NCBI GenBank assembly: GCA_964016885.1 | Contig: OZ024741.1 | Span: 151,590,001 to 151,654,000 of the forward strand | Source: Eledone cirrhosa | Lineage: Eukaryota | Direction of reading: 5' to 3' | DNA: 64,000 bases | Part shown: positions 39,881 to 51,834 of the stretch, in pieces | Layout: every line of letters starts with the position of its first letter | Position numbering within the stretch: the first letter of the stretch is position 1 | Position numbers and translations under genes: made by a program | Notes under the pieces: generated by a model | What the model was told of the DNA's origin: nothing | The model's input: only the letters and a program-made list of their open reading frames with translations | Databases searched by the model: none

Positions 39881-40703
39881 GTTCTTTGAGTCTCAGTCAA
39901 TGATGTTATTTAACTGGAAAGTTTGTTGAAATGAATATCAAGCCACTACCTGCAGCCTCAGATATTCAGGACGTATCGGAGGGTTCTTGCTGTTCCCAGC
40001 AAGCATGCCTTTTGAAGCGTTCCAAAAAGCGTGAAGTGGCCAAATTTTTTTAACCCTCCCTGGAAACTTTTTGAGATAGTACCTAGTGCGCCTATGACAA
40101 TCGGGACCACTTTGACTTCATGGCAGTTCCAAATCCTTTTTACCTCCCACTTTAAGTCCTGGTATCGGTTAATTTTCTCCCTCTCCTTCTCTTGCACTCT
40201 CGTGTCGAATGGGCAGGCCACATCCACAATCAGGCACGACCTTTTTTCTTTGTCCAAAACCACCAGGTCAGGTCTATTGTGTTCCAGTTTCTTGTCCGTC
40301 TGTATCCTAAAATCCCACAGCACCTTCACCTGATCGTTTTCTATCACCGCCTCTGGCTTATGCTCATACCACTTCTCAGAATGTGGTAAATTGTTTACTT
40401 TGCATATGTGCCAGTGGATCACCCTGCCCATCACATCATGTCTTCAGCTCTTATAGTGAGTCTGGGCTAGGTGTTTACACTCGGATACAATGTGAGCCAC
40501 GGTCTCCTCTCTCTCCACAGATCCTGCACAGTGGGCTAGCCTCCTCCTTGTAAATATGGTGTTTCAACCACTTCGTTTTGAGGGCCTGCTCCTGCGCAGC
40601 CATTAACATTCCTTCTGTAGCCTTTTTAAGGTCTCCTCTTTTCAACCAGTTCCATGTCTGTGGATCTCTAAATTCAGTTTTCTCAAAGAAGGTACTATGA
40701 AGG
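39880..40703 (-). mobile_element. 5'-truncated R4/Dong-type copy (family B), frameshifted
   Basis: Near-duplicate of 40768-41593 with a 2-bp deletion in a (CT)n run near 40510. RLE motifs RPDLVVLD...VDVACP...EKINRY; (TAA)n tail. Confidence 0.9.
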
Positions 40704-40704
40704 G

Positions 40705-40761
<57 letters not shown>

Positions 40762-40767
40762 GTTATT

Positions 40768-41593
40768 ACTCTTTGAGTCTCAGTCATTGATGTTAGTTAA
40801 CTGGAAAGTTTGTTGAAATGAATATCAAGCCACTACCTGCAGCCTCAGATATTCAGGACGTATCGGAGGGTTCTTGCTGTTCCCAGCAAGCATGCCTTTT
40901 GAAGCGTTCCAAAAAGCATGAAGGGGCCAATTTTCTTTAACCATCCCTGGAAACTTTTTGAGATAGTCCCTAGTGCGCCTATGACAATCGGGATCACTTT
41001 GACTTCATGGCAGTTCCAAATCCTTTTTACCTCCCACTTTAAGTCCTGGTATCGGTTAATTTTCTCCCTCTCCTTCTCTTGCACTCTCGTGTCGAATGGG
41101 CAGGCCACATCCACAATCAGGCACGACCTTTTTTCTTTGTCCAAAACCACCAGGTCAGGTCTATTGTGTTCCAGTTTCTTGTCCGTCTGTATCCTAAAAT
41201 CCCACAGCACCTTCACCTGATCGTTTTCTATCACCGCCTCTGGCTTATGCTCATACCACTTCTCAGAATGTGGTAAATTGTTTACTTTGCACAGGTGCCA
41301 GTGGATCACCCTGCCCATCACATCGTGTCTCCAGCCCTTATAGTGAGTCTGGGCTAGGTGTTTACACTGGGATACAATGTGAGCCACAGTCTCCTCTCTC
41401 TCTCCACAGATCCTGCACAGTGGGCTAGCCTCCTCCTTGTAAATGTGGTGTTTCAACCACTTCGTTTTGAGGGCCTGCTCCTGCGCAGCCATTAACATTC
41501 CTTCTGTAGCCTTTTTAAGGTCTCCTCTTTTCAACCAGTTCCATGTCTGTGGATCTCTAGATTCAGTTTTCTCAAAGAAGGTACTATGAAGGG
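40768..41593 (-). mobile_element. 5'-truncated R4/Dong-type copy (family B): CCHC zinc knuckle and RLE endonuclease
   Basis: ORF 40845-41534 contains CRICGEREETVAHIVSQC, RHD and RPDLVVLD. (TAA)n on both sides. Confidence 0.9.
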
Positions 41594-41647
<54 letters not shown>

Positions 41648-41654
41648 GTTATTA

Positions 41655-41753
41655 CAGTTGCATTTATCTTGCTTTATGTTCATACGAGTTATCACCAAGT
41701 CACAACCAGTGACCTCAAGAGACAACAAGGTCCGCCATGTTCAAGAAAGAACA
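41655..41753 (-). repeat. ~100-bp duplicate of the 3' terminus of the full-length R4/Dong element
   Basis: Matches 41775-41869; separated from it by (TAA)n. Confidence 0.9.
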
Positions 41754-41774
41754 TATTATTATTATTATTATTAT

Positions 41775-44700
41775 TTGCATTTATCTTGCTTTATGTTTAT
41801 ACGAGTTATCACCAAGTCACAACCAGTGACCTCAAGAGACAACAAGGTCCGCCATGTTCAAGAAAGAACACACATATTCACACATGCATCCTTAGTGTTT
41901 AGACTTGTGATGTACTTATATTGACAGGATCTTCCTTAGTATATGGGCAGTTCCCATTAGTACTATCTTTTGTATTTCTCCTATACGCGGGTTTCCTGGG
42001 ATTTGCGATAAGTAGTCGTTAGACCCCTTAGGTATCATTCCCAGAGCGCCTACAACCACTGGTATTGTTTTAGTTCTCAATTTCCACATTTTTCCAATTT
42101 CTATCTCCAGGTCCTTATACTTGCTCAATTTTTCAAATGTTTTTATAGATACATTCTTGTCTATTGGAACAGACATATCAATTAGCAGGCATACCCTCCT
42201 TTGAAAGTCCTTCAATATTATATCAGGTCTATTTGCATCTATTTTTCGGTCTGTTTGGATGCTAAAGTTCCACAAGATTGAGATGTGATCTTTTTCAAGT
42301 ATGGGAGGTGGTTGATGCTCCCACCAATTCTTTTGATGGGGCAGGTCAAAATGCTTACACATTATCCAATGTATGTATTGTGCAGCTCTGTCATGCCTGT
42401 TTAGGTATTCGGTTGGAGATATAGGACTGCACATTGAAATTATATGGTCAATGGTCTCTGGTTGTTTTTTGCATACACGGCATAATGGGCTGCACCCATT
42501 TTTTACTATGTTGGCTTGGTAATTTTTTGTTGGCAGACACTGATCTTGTGCGGAGATAATCAGTCCTTCAGTCTCCGATTTCAGTCCAGAGGATGCCAAC
42601 CACTGATGGGTTAAAGTTTTGTCAACATCAGGATTGTTAGCTCGCTCTGGGTATTTTCCATACAGAGGCTTTTCTTGCCATTTCTTAGCCAGTTTCTGTA
42701 GCAGTTCTTTCTTTGCAGTTACTTTTACCTGCTTTGCTTTTTCTGTGTTTTCCATTTCAGCAGTAAATGGGACTTCTGAAATTTGTAGTCCATTACTGTA
42801 TCTTTGTGCATCTTTTGTAATGGAATATGATCTTTTGGTGCTTTCGTGTTTCAAAACGAGTTTGATCATCCAATCATGTGATTCCCTTAGATATGTGGAT
42901 AATCCAATTGTTGCAGTTTTCAACGCAATGTCTAACTGGATTAACCCACGTCCTCCTTCTTTCCTAGGGAGATATATTCTATCTATGTCTGCCTTAGGGT
43001 GATGCATTCTGTGCATGGTTAAGAATTTTCGGATTTTTGTATCGAGCCTACGGATCTCTGTGCTTGACCAGTTGATGACATTGTAACTGTAGGTTACTAC
43101 TGGTATGGCAAGCGTATTTATGGCATCGATCCTATTCCTTGCATTCAATTCCGTTCTTAAGATTGCTCTGACTCTGCGGTAACATTCCTTCCTTATCCTT
43201 TCCCTCATTGTCGAGTGCTTGATTCCGTCTCCTTCACAAACACCTAGATATTTGTAAGTTTGTTCTTGATCAAGCTCTCTTATCACGTTCCCCCGATCAA
43301 GATTAATGTCTGAACTCTTCAGCAGCTTTCCTCTGGTGAACGTTGCTTTGGCGCATTTATCCAGTCCAAACTCCATTTTAATGTCATCACTGAACTGCTT
43401 CACAGTGGATAATAGCCCTTGCAATTGTTCATCATTTTTTGCGAATAGTTTCAGGTCATCCATGTAGAACAGGTGATTAATGGTTTTGTCATAGACTCTA
43501 TATCCATGTTTTGTTTCATTGAGCATTTTACTTAATGGTATAAGTGCGATGCAGAATAAAAGCGGTGATAAAGAGTCACCCTGAAAAATTCCACAATTAA
43601 TGTTAACTTCTCCAGCTTCCAGTGATTTTGTTTCACTATTCAAAAGGAGTGTCGTTCTCCATGTCCTCATACTGAATGACAAAAACCTCCTGACAACGGG
43701 GGATATTTTGAAAATCTCTAAACATTTTTCAATCCAACTGTGTGGCAAACTATCAAATGCTTTTTTATAATCTATCCAAGCAATCGATAGATTTTTGTGT
43801 CTATTATGACAATCTTCCAGTATCATTTTGTTAACCAGAAGCTGATCCTTACAGCCATATGAGCCTCGTTTACACCCTTTCTGCTCAATGGGAAATAGGT
43901 CATTTGTTATCAGGTGGTCATATGTGTATTCAGTTAGGACTGATGTTAAAATTTTATACATTGTGGTCAAGCAGGTTATCGGTCTGTAATTTTTGGGATT
44001 GTTTGTCTCATCATTCTTCGGTAGCAGGAATGTAATGCCGTTAACTAGCCATGATGGTATCTTTTCTGGCTCCTTAACTATTTCATTGTAAAGTTGGGCC
44101 AACAGCTCATGAGACTCTGTGAAGGCATTTATCCAAAAGTTTTGTATTTTGTCTTTTCCTGGGGATTTCCATTTGCTGGTTTTTCTTAGAGCCAAGCGCA
44201 GCTCTTCAACTGTTATATTTTCCCATGTTTGTTCTTCAAGGTGAGCTGTTTCTTTCATTTGTCTGTCTATCCATGGGGCATGTATGTTATGAACTTTTTC
44301 TTCGGCCCAGATCTTTTCCCAGAATTCTTGCACTTCCTCCTTGGGTGGTATTGATTTAGCAGTTATTGTTGACTTACCAATTTTTCTGTAGAAGTTTCTT
44401 TGGTTGTTTTTGAACATATTATTGTCCTTATAGAATCTAGATCGTTTTTCAAAGCGCCTTATACGAGCAGCTTTGGCCGACACTTTTTGCTTGATTGTTT
44501 CTATCAGCATGTCTATGTCACATGTTGATCTTATACTGTACTTTTTTTTCAATTTTCTAAGTTTAGTTTGTTTAACATGTTCACCTACTTTATAGTTTGT
44601 TAAAATTTCTATGTCAGATCGGAGAAGGTTTATTTGGCGATTGATGTTATCTTGCCAAGTAGATTTCTTGTGGGAATTCCTTTGTTTTTTCATCTTCACT

Positions 44701-45745
44701 CCACATAAGTGAGTGGTGACTTTAGCCGATGCATAATAGAGATGATTTAAGTCAGTAATCTTTATTTTGTTTGTGATGATAATGTTTTTGAGAATTATGT
44801 TAGTCTTGTGTATTATCTTTTGGTTCTGTTTGGAGTTCTGGATCTTAGGGAGGGTGTCTCGTTCCCCCATGTCAGTTTCTTTCATTTTCATCCATTCGAT
44901 CATAATTTCATCCTTCAAGTTGGCAAGTTCATTCTCATTCATTTCTTTATCATTTACGATCTCATTATTTTCATTTGGAGTTTCATCCTGAGCATGCACT
45001 CCCTCCACTTTTTCGCTCCTTTCTTTAATTTGTTCTGTTGCCAGTGATTCCGCCCCAACTCTGGGATTCGAAGTGTTACAGTTTACCTCGTTTTCACTGA
45101 CACGTGCTTCATTTTCCCTTCGCTGACTTTGTGCTACTAGCTTGATCTGATCAATTTCTATATCAGTTAGTAACTTTTTTCTTACAATATTTCTTCGTAT
45201 ATTGGCTAGTTTGTTACTGTCAATATAGCCTCTGTTTTCGGGATGTTTCTTTTTCCAGTTGATATATGTTTGCTCTGTATTCGATGTATTTGATGGGTAG
45301 TACATGGCAGTATAGAAAGCCTCAAGGACTTCTTTATTATCTTCCCTTGACCATTTTTCTCTCTTTTTCTTTGGATTTCTTGGTGGTGAGCATGGAGGGC
45401 CAACAGTAGGAGTATTCCGGTTATGGGAGGTCTCCAGCTCCGAAGTGATGGGAAGGTTTGAACCATTAGCTGATTTTTCGACCCCAGTCTGGTTCCTCTC
45501 TGAGGGACGCGGCCCTTTTTTACCCGGGTGACGGCCGATCCGGTATGAGATTTCATCATTAGACATCTACTTTATTTTGTCGCGTTTTATCCTTATCCGC
45601 CAAGGGGTAATCTTTTCGTGTTACCACTTCTAGAACGAGTGTCAACCAAGACTAGAGGGGTCGTTCTCCCCTAGAGACATGGCTATTCCCCGCCGGCCGC
45701 CATCCCGGTATTTCTTGGTCACGGGGTTTTATTTTTGTTGTTTTT
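41775..45745 (-). mobile_element. Full-length R4/Dong-clade non-LTR retrotransposon (family A) inserted in (TAA)n
   Basis: Single intact ORF, ~140-nt 3'UTR followed by (TAA)n, and a GC-rich ~180-nt 5'UTR. Confidence 0.92.
41916..45566 (-). CDS. 1216-aa polyprotein: Myb-like N-domain, RT, CCHC knuckle, restriction-like (PD-D/ExK) endonuclease
   Basis: Motifs KWSREDNKEVLEAFY, WKSPGKD, NYRPITCL, WIDYKKAFDS, GIFQGDSLSPLLF, LFYMDDLKL, YKYLG, CRVCKKQPETIDHIISMC, RHD, RPDIILKD...IDMSVP...EKLSKY. Confidence 0.95.
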   Translation of the reverse strand: MSNDEISYRIGRHPGKKGPRPSERNQTGVEKSANGSNLPITSELETSHNRNTPTVGPPCSPPRNPKKKREKWSREDNKEVLEAFYTAMYYPSNTSNTEQTYINWKKKHPENRGYIDSNKLANIRRNIVRKKLLTDIEIDQIKLVAQSQRRENEARVSENEVNCNTSNPRVGAESLATEQIKERSEKVEGVHAQDETPNENNEIVNDKEMNENELANLKDEIMIEWMKMKETDMGERDTLPKIQNSKQNQKIIHKTNIILKNIIITNKIKITDLNHLYYASAKVTTHLCGVKMKKQRNSHKKSTWQDNINRQINLLRSDIEILTNYKVGEHVKQTKLRKLKKKYSIRSTCDIDMLIETIKQKVSAKAARIRRFEKRSRFYKDNNMFKNNQRNFYRKIGKSTITAKSIPPKEEVQEFWEKIWAEEKVHNIHAPWIDRQMKETAHLEEQTWENITVEELRLALRKTSKWKSPGKDKIQNFWINAFTESHELLAQLYNEIVKEPEKIPSWLVNGITFLLPKNDETNNPKNYRPITCLTTMYKILTSVLTEYTYDHLITNDLFPIEQKGCKRGSYGCKDQLLVNKMILEDCHNRHKNLSIAWIDYKKAFDSLPHSWIEKCLEIFKISPVVRRFLSFSMRTWRTTLLLNSETKSLEAGEVNINCGIFQGDSLSPLLFCIALIPLSKMLNETKHGYRVYDKTINHLFYMDDLKLFAKNDEQLQGLLSTVKQFSDDIKMEFGLDKCAKATFTRGKLLKSSDINLDRGNVIRELDQEQTYKYLGVCEGDGIKHSTMRERIRKECYRRVRAILRTELNARNRIDAINTLAIPVVTYSYNVINWSSTEIRRLDTKIRKFLTMHRMHHPKADIDRIYLPRKEGGRGLIQLDIALKTATIGLSTYLRESHDWMIKLVLKHESTKRSYSITKDAQRYSNGLQISEVPFTAEMENTEKAKQVKVTAKKELLQKLAKKWQEKPLYGKYPERANNPDVDKTLTHQWLASSGLKSETEGLIISAQDQCLPTKNYQANIVKNGCSPLCRVCKKQPETIDHIISMCSPISPTEYLNRHDRAAQYIHWIMCKHFDLPHQKNWWEHQPPPILEKDHISILWNFSIQTDRKIDANRPDIILKDFQRRVCLLIDMSVPIDKNVSIKTFEKLSKYKDLEIEIGKMWKLRTKTIPVVVGALGMIPKGSNDYLSQIPGNPRIGEIQKIVLMGTAHILRKILSI

Positions 45746-46689
45746 TTTTAAATTGTTATTATCATGAGTGGTTCCTTAATGTGAGCATTGCGTGGCTTAA
45801 GAATGAAATTATTAATAATTGTCTCCACTCCAGGGACAAGGCCAGCAATCACCCAGTGCATTACAATAATATAATATACTTTTTGTTGTAGTTGGCTGTT
45901 ATTGCTGCTGGCTATGTCGGTGGTGGTGCCGGGGCTTTTTATATTGTTGGTGAGGAAGGGGTGAGCCAGCAGTCCCATAATTGTTGATGTAGACGTTTGT
46001 CCGTGGCAAGGTCACCAAGTCAATCTATTTATATCTTTTGCTAGCCTCTCTCTTGTCTAGTGCTACCACCACCTTCCCTTTTCTCTCTCAAGTTAACAGG
46101 GGAATAGTGTCAGTAGCATTGAATGAGTGGTGGCGGCGATGATGGATGTGGTGGAATGGTGGCAGCGGTGGTGTTGTGGTTACTGATATAGTATCTATGA
46201 GTTTGTGTTCGTATGTTTAATATATATTTTCATTATATTTTGTGTTGACATATTCCCGTAAAATTTGAATTAAACATTTTTTTAAATTTGAGACAATAAT
46301 AATAGTAATTATTATTATGATGCCGGTGAAGTTGCCGTTATATTTAGTGTGATGGGATAGGTAGTGTATCAAGTTTCTGGTGTTGGTGAAATTGAAATTG
46401 CCGCTGTTCTATATAGTGTAGACAGAGGGTGTTTTGTTCCATTTATAACCATTTTCTTTTTTTGAATACAAAATATATCATACAAAATTGAATATTTGAG
46501 CGATACAACAATATAATATGGATACAACAATATAATATGGATCCGAAACTTTATGGGACCTCATTCGGTGCCTTTATGCAACATTTGTGCTAAGAATTGT
46601 TCTTTCACAATTGATTTAAATATGTTAAAAATCAAAAAACTTACGGGAGCAATTTCGTGACGTTCTACCACCTCGTGCGTCTTCTTCCC

Positions 46690-46757
<68 letters not shown>

Positions 46758-46759
46758 TT

Positions 46760-47270
46760 TCCTTTTCCTTCAGTATTGTTTCTGATATGTGCCGAGTGTC
46801 TTCCTGACACCTAGAAAATAAATTCACTGTATACATTGGTAAGCCAGTTAATACACCACATTGAATATAATTTACAGCTTATAATTCTTACAGAGGGATA
46901 TCATTCTTACAGAGATAGTGATCTTCTCAATACGTGTGCACTACCAGTCAAAACAATTTTTTGCAACTCTTGCAAACAAGGAATCATTCCCAAATACTTT
47001 TCTGTTCCTATCTTGATCATTCCCAGTGCTCCCACAATCATTGGTATTGTAACGGCCTTGAGGTGCCACATTTTTCGATTTCAATAAGCAGATATTTATA
47101 TTTTCTTAGCTTGTCGAATTCTTTTTCCCGCGATACTGTGATCATATGGGATGCTCATATCAATCAGTAAACAGACCTTCTACAATAATATCTGGTCTAT
47201 TAGCTTTTATGGTCCGCTCAGTATGTCCAGGAATGTCCCAAAGAATTTTTACTTTGTTTGTCTCCTTCAG
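46760..47270 (-). mobile_element. Degraded 3' fragment of R4/Dong family C with (TAA)n tail at 46691-46758
   Basis: Aligns to 37040-37580 (tgccgagtgtcttcc.gacacctag, gccttgaggtgccacatt). Confidence 0.8.
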
Positions 47271-47274
47271 GTAC

Positions 47275-48060
47275 CACTTGTCAGGCCAAAGATCTTTTGG
47301 GTCAATCCTTCTCCTTCAACTTTCCAACACCCTTAGTAGAATTCTTTCTGTTCCCAGTAAGGCTGTTTTCTGCAACAATCTTGTTTTGATGTTAATTCCT
47401 AGCCTCTCAAGCTATACATCCAACATTCCACTAATTTCCCCCAGTGTGCCAACCACAATCTGTACCACTTCGATGTGTCTCATTCTCCCCAGTTTCTTGA
47501 TTTCTCTCTTCAGCTCCTGGTATTTCTCAACTTTCTCGCTTTCCTTCTCATTCTCCCTTTTCTACTACAACAATATCAGGCTTTCTAGTCACAATAAAAT
47601 GATGGCACTGGATGATCATCTCCCACAAGATCTTATACTGTTCATTTTCCGCCGCCCTTTCCGGTTGATGTTCATAACATTTCTCACTTCTGCTCATGTC
47701 ATACTTATGACAGAGCTTCCAATTAACCAACCTGGCAATGTTGTTGTGCCTTCTCTTGTACTCTTTCTGAGCGAGCATCTTACATTCACTAATAATGTGG
47801 TTAATTGTCTCACCTTTCTGACCACACAGCCTACAAAGCGGAGAATTCACTACCTTGCCTTTGGCTTAGGTCAGGTTGGGTTAAAAAAGAGCTCTGGGGA
47901 TATTATTATTGCCACACAAGACCAGTTACTCAGAACCAATTGGGTAAAAGCTAACATCGCTGGACAAAATTACGCCCTACACTGCAGTGTATACCATAAA
48001 GCAGAGAGATTTGTGGCACATACTACTATGAGAGGTTACATGGGTGCTCACATGTGACGA
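47275..48060. mobile_element. Further R4/Dong-like fragments (minus 47275-47850; plus 47880-48060)
   Basis: SPLCRLCGQKGETINHIISECKMLAQKEYKRRHN...KPDIVV on minus; LKKSSGDIIIATQDQLLRTNW on plus. Confidence 0.75.
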
Positions 48061-48276
48061 CGCATGTAAGCTCTCATATCTGAAGAACTGTCGATTAAAT
48101 AAAGTTTCACAAAAGCTGCAATTCTTATTGTCACTCTATATATACACTCTGCAAACTACAGCCGTCTTAAACCTGGGGTACAGCCCAACGAGAAACGGAC
48201 CCCCGTAACAGATCGAGTGCTAAGACCAGCGTCGCCACTAGTAACCACAGGTTACTTACATAGTAGATATATATAT

Positions 48277-49233
48277 ACTAGACATGAAAAATGCGCAAGC
48301 TCAAAAGTGCCACAGAATGTTATAATAAACCTTCAAAAGTGTGGGACTAGAGTTGTTGCTAAAAAATATTGTAATCATTATATATCGTACATTCTGTGGC
48401 ATCCTTTATAAAAATAGCTTAAACCAACGAAGCCTTTATTTTTACGCTATTTCACTTAGTTAATTCTTAGAGTGTAACATATAAAAATATCATTTACAAC
48501 TATAAAATAAATTAATTAATATAATAACAGAGCTGCGGAGCTGAAATTTAGGAAATAATGGAGTATCGGATCCTGAGTTGGAGCCAGTCAATTTTTGGCC
48601 GACTCCGCAGCCCTGTATAATACATTTCATATTAAAGTTATTAATAAACCTATTTTACACTTCATGCAAATTACCACGAGATATTGATATTAGATATAAG
48701 ATACAGCGCAATATCTACAGCTGTAAAAGTACGAAAGCGAAGTAATAATAAGTGGCTTAAGGTAATTCCAATATGAAAGTTTGTAGTGATAAAAATTTGA
48801 TAATGCAATACGATTGTTAATATTATAGTTCTATGAAAATGTAACAATAGATAACTAAATTATTTTACTATTAGTATATTTAAGAAATTATCATTATAGA
48901 TTTGATCGTTCATATAAGCATCATATTAAGTTTCAACACAATTATTTTGTTACTATGAGTATATGATAATAATATTACGTAATTATTTATAGCTGTTATT
49001 ACATTAAACATAGATGTATTTATTTTTATATGTTACACTCTAAGAATTAACTAAGTGAAATAGCGTAAAAATAAAGGCTTCGTTGGTTTAAGCTATTTTT
49101 ATAAAGGATGCCACAGAATGTACGATATATAATGATTACAATATTTTTTAGCAACAACTCTAGTCCCACACTTTTGAAGGTTTATTATAACATTCTGTGG
49201 CACTTTTGAGCTTGCGCATTTTTCATGTCTAGT
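48277..49233. repeat. 213-bp apparently perfect inverted repeat with 531-bp spacer
   Basis: 48277-48489 equals the reverse complement of 49021-49233. The left arm starts at a TA run. Confidence 0.9.
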
Positions 49234-49789
49234 TTAATATTTTTTTAAGGCAACGCTTGTAATAACTCTAGTTAAACAGGATATATATTAATAATAAATT
49301 ATCGTTGTAATGTAATTAGATTATGTAATTGTTATTATAAATTATCTTATAAATATTAGTGTAAGATGTATAAAAATATTTTCAGACTTTTAATATAAAC
49401 AACTACAAAAAACAATCAATATTAAATCAATATATTATACATAATAGAAAACATAAAATATACAATACAAAAACAAAATATTTACATACAATTGCAATTA
49501 TCAGTGTATATACATTTTCTTTATATTCCCTGAGCAAATTAATAAGATTTGTTTTTATTGTACATAATTTGATGACTTGTTGGAGTGTATTAAAAGATAG
49601 CAACAATTTGTGATTAAATTGTTATCTTAAGCAACTCACTTTTTAATAGTTGTTGGCTGAGCGAAATTGTAAAAGCCTATGAGCAAATATAAAAAAAAAT
49701 ACACAAACAACATTTCCTTGTGTTATTACAACATTAGATAAAATAAGTGAGCAATGTCGTTATATTTTGCTCTTATTGCACATTAATAG

Positions 49790-49955
49790 TGTTTCTATTT
49801 TTCGGCACAAATCCATTACGGCAGTCCATTACTGGTACTTTATTTTATCGAATTAGTAAGTATGAAAGTCGAAGTTAACCTCGGCAGGATTTGAACTTAG
49901 AATGCAAAGGACCATAACAATACTGCAAAGCATGGTGTCTGACGCTCTACCAATA
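49790..49955 (-). mobile_element. Diverged Meta-domain-like SINE
   Basis: actggtactttattttatcga...atgaaagtcgaagttaacctcggcaggatttgaactt. A partial further copy is at 50763-50815. Confidence 0.7.
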
Positions 49956-50350
49956 CTTGTGTTGAGCTGGTCATTAATTTATGGTGGTCGTGCGTGGAGT
50001 AGAGCAATCGCTAGTTGAAATATTATGAACAAAACATTTTTATTTGCCGAAGAACATATTTTCAATACTGTTTGTGAATGTGACGAAGGAAATACATTCT
50101 GATATGGAACAGTGTACAAAGTGTGTCTGTGAATAACATAATGTTACCTCATGTTGTTGTCAAGACATAATGGATTTCGTATATCCAGTTAGAAGATGAA
50201 ACCTAGCCATCTCGGATTAGTTATATTTCATGCCATGTGTAAACGTGTTTGAGGATAGCAAAATATGCGCGTTAATTATAATAATTAGTTAATAATATTA
50301 CAAAATATACCTAATTAAACTCTTTGCTTGAAATTTTATCATTCTTCGTT

Positions 50351-50393
<43 letters not shown>

Positions 50394-51834
50394 GGAGAGA
50401 GATTTATCTAGTCCTTCGCTCAAGATTAATCTATAAGTTTAGATGTTTGCCTTCGTTTAAGTAAATATTACAGTAAGATTTTTAATATAAACAACTACAA
50501 AAAACAATTAATATTAAAACGAAAAAATTATCAATGATAAAAGAAGCGGATGCAACTTTTTTTTTTATAAAGTTATATTCCTGTTTCTTTAAAGAACATT
50601 TCATTTTTGTTCTATTGTAGGCGAAATAATGCAATGGTTTAATAGGGAAGATATAACTTACGAATTATGTCTCTAACCGTGTAACGCTTTTTAAGTAGAT
50701 AACTACAATTGAAAATACTAAAGAAATGGAACCAACAATTCAATTTGAAAGTCGTCTAGTGACAGTGTATTACTGGTACTTTATTTTATCGACCCCGTAA
50801 CGATGAAAGGCAAAAATGCAAATGCTTAAAATTTAAATTGCCTTAATTCTATCGTCTGCTGTTTCATTAAAGGGAGATTATCGTCTGTATTTAATTCTAT
50901 CGTCTACTGTTCCACTAAACAGATATACCTCCACTATCGTCTCTATTTATACATTTTAACTTATAACTTATACACATTTGATTTGAAATATTTTATCTAG
51001 TCCCCCCTCTCAATATTATGATGATTTCTTTCGAATGAAACAGTTCTAGTCCTGTAGAAACCATTTATATATATAATTGAACTGAGTTAAAAATTCACAA
51101 TATTTATAATTAAATAAGCTCATATATATATGTGTGTATTTATCTGTTTATTGTATTATATATAATGTGTGTATATACAGGATGTCCCCCAAAAATATAT
51201 ACACACTTCAACAGCATTCTAATAACTATTGCCTGTACAGGTAATCAAAGTGTCAATCGAATGTTAGTTTCGTGTTTTAACAGTACAAATTTACAATACA
51301 CACATAAAACCAGTGTATATACATACATGAGTGTGTATACACATACATGAATGTGTATATACAATATATATGTATATATATATAGACACATATATTCACG
51401 GTGCAACGGTACATTAAAATATAGATGCGGGAGAGGGGGGGTGTATATATAGGGGCGCTGGGGATAAAGGAGTGTAAAGCGTGTGTAATTGATATATTGA
51501 AGGAGAGGAGCGTGCAGCGATAGAGTAACAAATATATAGAGAGGGGGAGAGATGGTATTGAAGGGGAGGAGTGCAAAGCGAAAGAGTAAGAGATATATAT
51601 AGAGACGGAACAGATAGAGAGAAACAGGCGTAAGTAACAGTGGAAGAGATGTAGAGAGAGGTACTCTGATTGGTTGAAAATTAGCCAATGACATACGATC
51701 ACCACCACCACGGCTATCCCCGAAACATTTTTTAAGAAGCTACGCATATATGTTAGAACACGAAAAGTGAACATTCTGTTGTTTCACACTTTTCGTGTTC
51801 TAACAGATATCCATTTATTAATTATCATTCAAAT

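Noticed and set aside
47146-48057. 303-aa plus-strand ORF
   Set aside because: Mostly the antisense of R4/Dong fragments; only the last ~60 codons are a degraded sense fragment.
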